From contig CP178758.1 in assembly GCA_047651235.1 (NCBI GenBank), positions 1,680,001 to 1,712,000 on the forward strand: 32,000 nucleotides of DNA, given 5' to 3'. Shown in pieces: positions 1-7,030 of the stretch. The translations under genes and the position numbers were made by a program. Numbering within the stretch: the first letter of the stretch is position 1; every line of letters begins with the position of its first letter. The notes below the pieces were generated by a model. That model worked only from the letters and a program-made list of their open reading frames with translations, was not told the origin of the DNA and searched no databases. The stretch comes from Candidatus Electrothrix yaqonensis. GTDB taxonomy: Bacteria > Desulfobacterota > Desulfobulbia > Desulfobulbales > Desulfobulbaceae.

Positions 1-245
1 TTGAGTACCTGCATCTCAATGATGACCTTGCGGTGGTCGGACAGGACAGCCTTGACATCCACATAGCTGTCTTTCATGCCTTTGAGCAGGGGCACCTGAT
101 AGGGATCAACAATGGTGAGATCCGTGATTCCGGCGTCCCCGAAGTCAATGACCGCGTTGAGGAAATCAATCAGGATCGCCTTGGACTGCTCGCTGCCGAA
201 GACTCGCTTAAAGGCGAAGTCAGTTTTAACATCTAGGAAGTCCAT
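1..245 (-). CDS. Rpn/YhgA-like PD-(D/E)XK nuclease family protein (PDDEXK_2, 'putative transposase' family); N-terminal 81 codons, gene continues past the left edge
   Basis: Hand translation of the minus strand from ATG at 245-243 gives MDFLDVKTDFAFKRVFGSEQSKAILIDFLNAVIDFGDAGITDLTIVDPYQVPLLKGMKDSYVDVKAVLSDHRKVIIEMQVL. It stays open to position 1. It shows the family-typical N-terminus (DxKxDxxFKxxF) and a D-V-K...E-M-Q nuclease core. It is missing from the ORF track because there is no stop in the window. Confidence 0.7.
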   Translation of the reverse strand, partial: MDFLDVKTDFAFKRVFGSEQSKAILIDFLNAVIDFGDAGITDLTIVDPYQVPLLKGMKDSYVDVKAVLSDHRKVIIEMQVL

Positions 246-247
246 GA

Positions 248-442
248 CTATCTTAATGAAAGGAGCTTCCTGAGTGTGATAGTATCTGTTTCATTTTTCA
301 TATATTTTTCAAACGGGATAGCTTCTTCGCCTCTTGTGGCTCTCAGCAGCTTGAGATCATCCATATCTTCTTTTGAGACGATTTCCAACCCATCTTTTTC
401 GACCAGCTTTTCGTTGCTGATATTAATAGTTATGGAGTGCAT
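248..442 (-). CDS. small hypothetical protein (64 aa), 2 nt upstream of the Rpn-like gene
   Basis: ORF track; GAGG lies about 9 nt upstream of the ATG. It is AT-rich relative to the backbone and its stop is 2 nt before the Rpn-like start, so co-transcription is likely. No family recognised. Confidence 0.4.
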   Translation of the reverse strand: MHSITINISNEKLVEKDGLEIVSKEDMDDLKLLRATRGEEAIPFEKYMKNETDTITLRKLLSLR

Positions 443-570
443 ACTTGTTTACCTCGTATTCTTCTGGCTCCCAAACTCCAGCTTGGGAGCACGTATTTCT
501 GAAGCTTTGCTTCTTGTTTGAAGCGGAGCTTCACGGTGTCTGTGCGCAAGCAGAGCTTGGGTGCCAGCTG

Positions 571-646
571 TAAAAATCTCCTTGGATTGTTCGCTGTCGA
601 AGACCTGCCTGAAGGTAAAGTCAGTTTTAACATCAAGGAAGTCCAT
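571..646 (-). pseudogene. 5' remnant (about 25 codons) of a second Rpn/PDDEXK_2 gene
   Basis: MDFLDVKTDFTFRQVFDSEQSKEI from ATG 646-644 parallels the N-terminus of the gene at 1-245. By hand alignment the DNA is roughly 80% identical to 186-247. The reading then diverges into unrelated sequence. Confidence 0.6.
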
Positions 647-663
647 GAGATCTGGAGTATCAC

Positions 664-1707
664 TCACCAATCTACTGGTTTTATAGATTCAAATTTATTA
701 CTGACCCATAATCTTGCTTTATCAGGTAATTGCCCTCCAATGCCATTCTCTTCAGAGACCTGTTCCCATACCAACACATGATATGCCGCTGGTTTGTCCT
801 GGAGTTGTTTTTTTATATCTGACAAGTATAATTTTGCTAATTGCATGATTTGGTTATCATACTTAGAGGTAAGTCCGCATGAGGGCTTTGCTTTTGGAGT
901 TCCGTTTGCAATTATTCGCTCTATTAACTCAGTTTTCGAGCCAGATTTTTTTATACTATGTTTACCGCAGATTTCTCGTAATTCCTTAACGGTGAGGGAT
1001 TCAAAATATAGACTTTGGGTTTCATTAGTTTCGGGAAGTTGTTTTAACAACCCAATCTTAACCAACTGATGATGGATAGATTTAGTCATTGGCCATTGTA
1101 GAGCTGCTTGTTCTTCTTTCATCCATCGAACTTCCTCGTGAAATGGTAGCCATCCTGCTGGAGGTTTCTTAACACCAAGTTTCTTTAAAGTTGATGGTTT
1201 AAGCATTATATCAAACTCTTCAACTTCTATATCAAGAGCGTTAGGATCAAGGTCATTGTCAAAATCTTCTTGGCAGTATGATTTCTTGTCGTAAGCCATC
1301 TCTAAAAAATCATTTCTATAGTCCGTGAGATCTGTTATTCGGACTAAAGTTTCTTCAGTATATGGAAAGACAGGAAATTGAAATCCACTTGATGCGACTA
1401 CTGGTTTCCTTGTTTTTAATGGCTTGTTCTTTACTTCATTTTTTCTTTCAATGGCTTCCGAAATAAGAACGGACATCATTCTTAATGAAGGTTCATTCGG
1501 GATGATTATTCCTAAATCATTGGCAAAGTCAATTTGTTTTTGAGTCGCTGGTTCTTGTGGCAATTCTATTATTTCTTCGGGAGTTGTTCCGTCTGCTAAT
1601 GCTTTCTGGATAGCTTCCTCTTTACTAAAAACTGAATAAATTTTTTTTCTTTTTCTGCCTGTCTTCGTCCCAACACCTTGTATCTCAAAGTCTATTAATA
1701 TCTTCAT
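664..1707 (-). CDS. hypothetical protein with SAP DNA-binding motif (347 aa), AT-rich gene
   Basis: Long ORF. The segment LTVKELREICGKHSIKKSGSKTELIERII fits the SAP motif (L..L.V.ELR.....G....G.K.ELI.RI). A sampled 60-nt line is about 35% G+C, against about 50-60% in backbone genes. No clear SD sequence. Confidence 0.55.
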   Translation of the reverse strand: MKILIDFEIQGVGTKTGRKRKKIYSVFSKEEAIQKALADGTTPEEIIELPQEPATQKQIDFANDLGIIIPNEPSLRMMSVLISEAIERKNEVKNKPLKTRKPVVASSGFQFPVFPYTEETLVRITDLTDYRNDFLEMAYDKKSYCQEDFDNDLDPNALDIEVEEFDIMLKPSTLKKLGVKKPPAGWLPFHEEVRWMKEEQAALQWPMTKSIHHQLVKIGLLKQLPETNETQSLYFESLTVKELREICGKHSIKKSGSKTELIERIIANGTPKAKPSCGLTSKYDNQIMQLAKLYLSDIKKQLQDKPAAYHVLVWEQVSEENGIGGQLPDKARLWVSNKFESIKPVDW

Positions 1708-1857
1708 AACGTTGTATGCTAGTTAGAGATAAACCCCAAAAATTGAGGAGAACTTAGCTCTCCCCAAACATTTCCTCTGAAAAATCAGACTATGATCTTA
1801 TCGTCCCGCAAGAGGCTCACGATATAGCCCGGTGATTCATCTCCGGGCCGGGAGACA

Positions 1858-2088
1858 TTATAACGCAGCCTTCCCCAACTGAAGCAACCGCGCCTGCACA
1901 CTGTCCAGCACCGAATCCCGGATAAACGCGCTTGCCCCGATAATCTCAATACCAATCAACTCCCCGGCGGCATTCACCTCCGCCGTGATATTCGGACTGA
2001 CCTCAACACTGCCCGCCTCGGGTTCATCGGAAAGGGCAAGATGCAGAATATCTTCCTGGGCAAAATACTTCATACGATTTTCAGGCAT
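1858..2088 (-). CDS. DUF2283-family protein (putative antitoxin partner)
   Basis: MKYFAQEDILHLALSDEPEAGSVEVSPNITAEVNAAGELIGIEIIGAS matches the DUF2283 pattern (YD.e.D.l.i.l...s.e....d.d..G.l.GIEi..AS). The start at 2088 overlaps the upstream stop (ATGCCTGA); the alternative start is 2073. The track's 94-aa version is probably over-extended. Confidence 0.65.
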   Translation of the reverse strand: MPENRMKYFAQEDILHLALSDEPEAGSVEVSPNITAEVNAAGELIGIEIIGASAFIRDSVLDSVQARLLQLGKAAL

Positions 2089-2356
2089 TTCTGAACCTCC
2101 CTGATCTGAGTCTGGCTGTAATCTGTTTCTTATCCGTTGCATGAACAGTCACCGGAATGATTTCCTTCCCTTTGATTTCATACGGCACCATAACAAGAGC
2201 ATTACCGTGCCGACCGACTGCAATCATTCTTTCCGTTTGAGTATCTGCGTACCGCTCGGAAGAATACCGCAGAATCTCCTCGATAACAACAGGATCATAG
2301 CCGCGCAGGCTGAACCGGTATTTCATGTACTCTGTCCAGACAACCGTTTTCTCCAT
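2081..2356 (-). CDS. small DUF4258-like protein (putative toxin partner of the DUF2283 gene)
   Basis: 91-aa ORF translationally coupled to the DUF2283 gene. The sequence shape (WTEYMKYRFSLRGYDPVVIEEILRYS...VTVHAT) recalls proteins usually found upstream of DUF2283 genes. Family assignment is from memory only. Confidence 0.45.
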   Translation of the reverse strand: MEKTVVWTEYMKYRFSLRGYDPVVIEEILRYSSERYADTQTERMIAVGRHGNALVMVPYEIKGKEIIPVTVHATDKKQITARLRSGRFRNA

Positions 2357-2742
2357 TTTTCTTCTCGTGTACCCTGTTCAAGCGTATCCGGCAATACGGC
2401 CAACGGCAGCCCTCCGGGATCTCACGCATTATGTAACCAATCCATCCAAGGCAGCAATCCTGGTCTCCATCTCAACCACCGAAATGGCATCCGGCAAATC
2501 CGCGCTGATTTTTCTCAAGCCCTTCTTCCCAAGCACCTTCTCACCCAACCGCTTCGGCCCCGGACACAGATCTGGCAGGGACAATCATCCCATGTGGCAC
2601 TATCAGGCAGACTGTTCAGTATCCTGCTCTCGACCTGCATTTTTCCAGCCTCCATTGACAGCTCCGCCCGCCGCTGAAGCAGCGGACTATGTTCGTATCG
2701 TCTCTCCGGGACATATTTTTCCCGTTACAGACATCCTCGATA

Positions 2743-3111
2743 TCAATTTGCATAGATTGCCCACGGTGCCAAAGCATTTTCCCAAGTTGGTAATGTAGAG
2801 CAAGAATATGCATCATTCGTATACTGAATACTGACAGATCGATTCGACACCTGAGCAACCATCAAAATTCCTAACCACCCTCGACAAGTCGATACAGACA
2901 CGCCTTTAAACGGAGTATAAAGATTGCATACATCCCTGCCTTCTCCGTCTGGAAATAATGCTGTTGAAACTACCGAGACACGACCAGTCTGAGCAATACC
3001 GACTCTTGAGACTGAGCCATCACACTGAAATGAGGCATGAACTACTGTTAACGGAGCCAACATCAATACCATCAATGCAACTGCCACTACTACCATTTTT
3101 ATATTAATCAT
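2743..3111 (-). CDS. small exported Cys-containing hypothetical protein (122 aa)
   Basis: N-terminal signal-peptide-like segment MINIKMVVVAVALMVLMLAPLTVVHA|S. GGGGA lies upstream of the ATG. No family recognised. Confidence 0.5.
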   Translation of the reverse strand: MINIKMVVVAVALMVLMLAPLTVVHASFQCDGSVSRVGIAQTGRVSVVSTALFPDGEGRDVCNLYTPFKGVSVSTCRGWLGILMVAQVSNRSVSIQYTNDAYSCSTLPTWENALAPWAIYAN

Positions 3112-3243
3112 CTTTTCCCCTATATTCTGGTGGATTCCTTGATGCTCTCTGTTCCCACTTTACACTCTCCAGCAGGTATCTTGACAGAAAATTATGACCA
3201 TGACACCATAGTCATAATAAAAAAACAATACGGAGCAAACGCC

Positions 3244-3480
3244 ATGCCGGAGAGTGTTTCAAAATCACGTTTCAAACCCCATGCCCTCAAGTATTTCCGG
3301 GAAATCCAGGAAACCGGGCAGGAGCTGATCATCACGGATCATGGGAAACCGGTAATCAGAATATCCCCTTTTCAGGAAAAACCCCGGACCGTACTGGAAG
3401 AACTGCGCAATTCCGTGCTCCGCTATGATGATCCGCTGGAGCCGGTTGCGCAGGATGACTGGGACGTGCTGAAAAAATGA
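3244..3480 (+). CDS. Phd/YefM-type antitoxin
   Basis: MPESVSKSRFKPHALKYFREIQETGQELIITDHGKPVIRISPF is a typical Phd/YefM core. Its stop overlaps the vapC start (ATGA at 3477-3480). The track start at 3130 is probably over-extended. Confidence 0.75.
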   Translation: MPESVSKSRFKPHALKYFREIQETGQELIITDHGKPVIRISPFQEKPRTVLEELRNSVLRYDDPLEPVAQDDWDVLKK

Positions 3481-4012
3481 TTGTCCTGGACACTCATGCC
3501 TGGCTCTGGTGGATCAGCAGCCCGGAAAAGCTCGGACCCGCAGCCGCCACAGCCATTGAGCACGCAATGACGGGAAACGGTATCCTTCTTTCCTCCATTT
3601 CCACCGGGGAAATCGCCCTGCTCGTCCGCAAAGGAAGACTGGTTCTGTCCCTGGATATGCGAATTAGGGGTTAAAATCTATGACGAAAAATCAGGAAGAT
3701 AAAGCTGCCAGATTCTGCAGAATCGGAACGGCTCTTCTGTAACTATCTGTTTTTACTGAGACCGGATAATCCAACTCCTAATTCGCATTGGATGTACACG
3801 ACTGGGTGCGCAAAACAGAAGGCCTGCCCTTTGTCCGTTTTATGCCGGTGGACAACACCATCGCCCTTCGGTCGGTTGCTCTGCCCGGCGCATTTCACGC
3901 TGATCCGGCAGACCGTATCATTACCGCCACAGCCCTCACCACAGGCTCAGCCCTGGTGACCAAAGATGAAAAAATATGGGCCTGTTTCTTTGTCCGGACA
4001 ATCTGGGATTGA
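3477..4012 (+). pseudogene. vapC: PIN-domain VapC toxin gene interrupted by a 132-bp MITE
   Basis: ORFs 3477-3674 (MIVLDTHAWLWW...) and 3788-4012 (...HADPADRIITATAL...TKDEKI) are the two halves of one PIN protein. Removing 3657-3793 (the element plus one TGGAT) rejoins them in frame as ...LVLSLD|VHDWVRK.... Confidence 0.8.
3657..3788. mobile_element. 132-bp MITE-like insertion with 16-bp terminal inverted repeats and a 5-bp target duplication
   Basis: The TIRs are ATGCGAATTAGGGGTT (3657-3672) and AACTCCTAATTCGCAT (3773-3788), complementary at 15 of 16 positions. They are flanked by TGGAT at 3652-3656 and 3789-3793. There is an internal 14-nt palindrome GATTCTGCAGAATC (3711-3724) and no coding capacity. 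Confidence 0.75.
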
Positions 4013-4103
4013 GTCCTCCTGAAGCTCGCCCGAAAACAAAAAAGAAGAAGTCATAGCCCTGCGCACCGACTATCCCCTGTCCGCGTGCAAATCGCCCATC
4101 TGC

Positions 4104-4997
4104 TCAATACGGCAGAATCACCACCTTGTCTTCCTTAAACAACGGCACCAGCAGGCGATGCCGTTTGGTATCAACACCGAGATCAGCAGGAGACACCAGC
4201 CCGTCTGCCAGCACGGTAAATTTTTCATCCTTTCCCAGCGCATAAATTGCAGAACCTGTCCAGCTGGAGACAATCAGGCGTCCGTCCGCCAATCTGACCA
4301 GACCGTCCAGCCCGCCGGTTGGCGGAGTCGGCAGGGCTGTCCGCTTCCCGGAGGAATCAATGCTGAACAATTCCCCCGACCCCAAGGTGTTCACCACGAG
4401 ATGACCGCTGTCGTTCCAGATACCGTTAGGATGACCCATTTCTTTATCTTTCATGATGACCTTGTACTGGCCGTCGGGCCAGACCTGATACACCGCATCC
4501 GTGCCGGACGGCACCATGCCCCCGGCAAAGCCGGTATCCGTCACATAGACCGAGCCGTCCGGGCCGGGAGTCATTCCGTTCAGGAAGGTGCTGCCCTCAA
4601 TGGCAATGGATGTCTTTTGTTCTCCACCGGGCAAACCGAACACCTGCACCTGATTGAGATCCGCGACAAACAAATTACCGTCCACAACTGCCGAACCCTT
4701 AGGGGCATTTAACATTACGTTTTCCTTGGCACCATCAATCCATTTGAGGGCAACAACGCTGCCGTCCGGTTTGAGCTTGGCAATAAATCCGTTGCCGTCA
4801 GCCGCACTTGGGCTGCCGTTGATGTTACTGACCAGATAGACATCTTCACCGGCATAATACTCGACAGATTCAGGCGTTGAAAAGCCGACATCGCTGACAA
4901 CAATGCGCTCCTGATCTTCACCGGCGAGTGCTCCTGCTGACCAGAAGATTGCCAGCAGGATGACTGCGAAGTTTCCCAACGTATTTTTTGCGTTCAT
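4104..4997 (-). CDS. periplasmic beta-propeller protein (SMP-30/gluconolactonase/LRE- or NHL-like repeats)
   Basis: Start chosen at MNAKNTLGNFAVILLAIFWSAGALA (signal peptide). The protein has repeated G-rich, D/N-containing strand patterns (PDGSVYVTD, NGIWNDSGHLVVN, LDGLVRLADGRLIVS). The track's 354-aa version is probably over-extended. Confidence 0.6.
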   Translation of the reverse strand: MNAKNTLGNFAVILLAIFWSAGALAGEDQERIVVSDVGFSTPESVEYYAGEDVYLVSNINGSPSAADGNGFIAKLKPDGSVVALKWIDGAKENVMLNAPKGSAVVDGNLFVADLNQVQVFGLPGGEQKTSIAIEGSTFLNGMTPGPDGSVYVTDTGFAGGMVPSGTDAVYQVWPDGQYKVIMKDKEMGHPNGIWNDSGHLVVNTLGSGELFSIDSSGKRTALPTPPTGGLDGLVRLADGRLIVSSWTGSAIYALGKDEKFTVLADGLVSPADLGVDTKRHRLLVPLFKEDKVVILPY

Positions 4998-5191
4998 AAC
5001 TGCATCCTTTGAATTCTTATCGTCTTCCTGCCTGCCGTCCTGCATCGGAACAGGGAACAGTAACCCCGGAGCTTGGCAATGGAATTGCCGCAACCTCACC
5101 TTTTTATCATCACACCTCTTCAGATTCAACCTAAATCTCCCGGTAATTACACCGGCTGACGCAGGCACGGCGACTCACGGTGCAATGCAGC

Positions 5192-5407
5192 TCACCCGCT
5201 GCATTTTTCTTTTTCATCACCACCGGTCAGCCCGGTAAAATTATGCGTGAGGAATTCACATTCTGCCGGGGTGAGATCAAAGCGTAGCTGGGCATCGCTG
5301 ATCACCTTGGTACGCTGTTTTTCCGGGTGGTCCAGCATGGTTTCACCGATCCAGCCGACTGCTTTCTGCAGGTTTGTCGATAGGGCTGCCGTTGGTTTTT
5401 CCGCCAT
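5192..5407 (-). CDS. small hypothetical protein (71 aa)
   Basis: ORF with GGAGAA upstream of the ATG. No family recognised. Confidence 0.4.
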   Translation of the reverse strand: MAEKPTAALSTNLQKAVGWIGETMLDHPEKQRTKVISDAQLRFDLTPAECEFLTHNFTGLTGGDEKEKCSG

Positions 5408-5563
5408 TTCTGTTCTCCATAGTTTCCTGAAAAGATGCAGGACGCGCTGTGCTGCAGCCGACTTTCTCTTTGTCTCTTCATCTTACAAGTTCCTCCTTGA
5501 CTGTCAATCATAACCAATGCTAAGATAAAGATATATCAACAACCTTGAAGGAGTACGTTTAAC

Positions 5564-6115
5564 ATGGAAGACCTTACCGGCCATTTTCTCATATCAACAC
5601 CACAGATGCCCGATCCCAGATTTCGGGAGCAGGTCATTTTTCTCTGCGCGCATAACCGGGAAGGTGCTATGGGTGTGGCCATCAACAATCCCAACCAAGA
5701 AATTTCCATGATGGAAGTCCTGCTCAGTACCAATATCCCGCTGCCGGAGGGCCCGCTGCCGCCGGTGTACAACGGCGGGCCTGTGGAAATGGAGTCAGGA
5801 TTCCTTCTGTACAGTTCAGATTATCAGACCGGAAATTCGCTCAAAGTGACACCGCAGGTGTTTCTTTCCCGTGAATCCAAGCTTCTGGAGGACATCTCCA
5901 AGGGCAAGGGGCCAAAGGATTATCTGTTTCTGCTGGGGTATGCGGGCTGGGGCCCGGGGCAGCTTGAGGATGAGCTGATGGATAATTCCTGGCTCACCGT
6001 GCCCGGAGATATTGAGGTGCTGTTTCATACCCCGGATGAGCTGAAATGGAAACAGGCCGCGCGCAGGTACGGGATCAATATTTCTATACTCAGCGACATT
6101 ATCGGCAACGCCTGA
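5564..6115 (+). CDS. YqgE/AlgH family protein (UPF0301)
   Basis: LTGHFLISTPQMPDPRFREQVIFLCAHNREGAMGVAINNP and GYAGWGPGQLEDEL are hallmark segments. GAAGGAG RBS at 5547-5553. Confidence 0.85.
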   Translation: MEDLTGHFLISTPQMPDPRFREQVIFLCAHNREGAMGVAINNPNQEISMMEVLLSTNIPLPEGPLPPVYNGGPVEMESGFLLYSSDYQTGNSLKVTPQVFLSRESKLLEDISKGKGPKDYLFLLGYAGWGPGQLEDELMDNSWLTVPGDIEVLFHTPDELKWKQAARRYGINISILSDIIGNA

Positions 6116-6192
6116 TTTTTTCCGGTGCAACCGAAGGGGAGCGTATAACTTCAAGGTTTCAAAAAAAACACCAGCCAGCAAGGAGATATATC

Positions 6193-7002
6193 ATGTATAG
6201 TATGTCATATAGTATGAAGGGGCTGCTTCTGTTCTTTTCAATTCTGCTGCTGCTCAGCACTCCGGCTGCAGCCGGAAATATCACTGTGCAGGTGATCAGC
6301 GGTGACGGATATATTTTTCCGACCTATCCAACCGATTCCCGGGACGGCAGTTATCGGGCCTATCTGCAGGCTCAACGCAATGCCCGGTACGGCATCCGCA
6401 TCAGGAACAACACCGGGCGGCGTATCGGCCTGGTGATTGCGGTGGACGGTCGGAATATCATTTCCGGAGACAGGTCAGATCTGCGCAACACGGAAAGGAT
6501 GTATATTCTCGGCCCGTATGAGGAGGCAACCTACAACGGCTGGCGCACAACCAGAAATCAGGTGAGCCGGTTTTATTTTTCCGATGCAGAGGACTCCTAT
6601 GCCGGAGCATGGGGTGATCACAGCGCAATGGGGGTGATCGCAGTTGCCGCGTATCCGGAAAAGCGACGGCGGTTCCGCCACCGGTCACATCGACCGCGCC
6701 TTTTTTCGCAGCGTTCAGTACCGACTGCGCCGCGTAGTAAGTACGGAGCAGCCGACTCGGCACCCGGAACCGGCTACGGTGAGGGAGAATACTCTTCTTC
6801 TGTAGAGGTTTCCTTCAGACCGAAGCGCTATCCGCTGGAAAAGCAATTTTATAAATATGAATGGCGCAGAACCTTGTGCCGCAAGGGGATTATCTCATGC
6901 CGCCGTCCGCATCATCACAGGGACCGGAACCGTTTCTGGCCTAATGAAAACAGCGGCAACAACGGCTATGCCCCGCCCCCGCCGAAATACTGGAGGCGGT
7001 AA
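6193..7002 (+). CDS. exported hypothetical protein with Arg/His/Pro-rich C-terminus
   Basis: Start at ATG 6193 preceded by AAGGAG. Signal-like MKGLLLFFSILLLLSTPAAA. The track start at 6046 overlaps yqgE and is rejected. Confidence 0.55.
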   Translation: MYSMSYSMKGLLLFFSILLLLSTPAAAGNITVQVISGDGYIFPTYPTDSRDGSYRAYLQAQRNARYGIRIRNNTGRRIGLVIAVDGRNIISGDRSDLRNTERMYILGPYEEATYNGWRTTRNQVSRFYFSDAEDSYAGAWGDHSAMGVIAVAAYPEKRRRFRHRSHRPRLFSQRSVPTAPRSKYGAADSAPGTGYGEGEYSSSVEVSFRPKRYPLEKQFYKYEWRRTLCRKGIISCRRPHHHRDRNRFWPNENSGNNGYAPPPPKYWRR

Positions 7003-7030
7003 ATCGTGATCGGCAGAGCAGGAAGCTGTC

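Noticed and set aside
467-490. Hairpin GCTCCCAA-N8-TTGGGAGC considered as an integron attC site or terminator.
   Set aside because: No integrase is nearby, no R'/R'' core sites (GTTRRRY) were found, and there is no U tract. It is kept only as a note within the islet finding.
2141-2798. Plus-strand ORFs of 178 and 157 aa.
   Set aside because: They overlap the DUF4258-like gene in antisense and each other. Their composition is Ser/Pro/Arg-rich, with no start context or motifs.
4158-4712. 184-aa plus-strand ORF.
   Set aside because: It is antisense to the signal-peptide-bearing beta-propeller gene and has no recognisable motifs.
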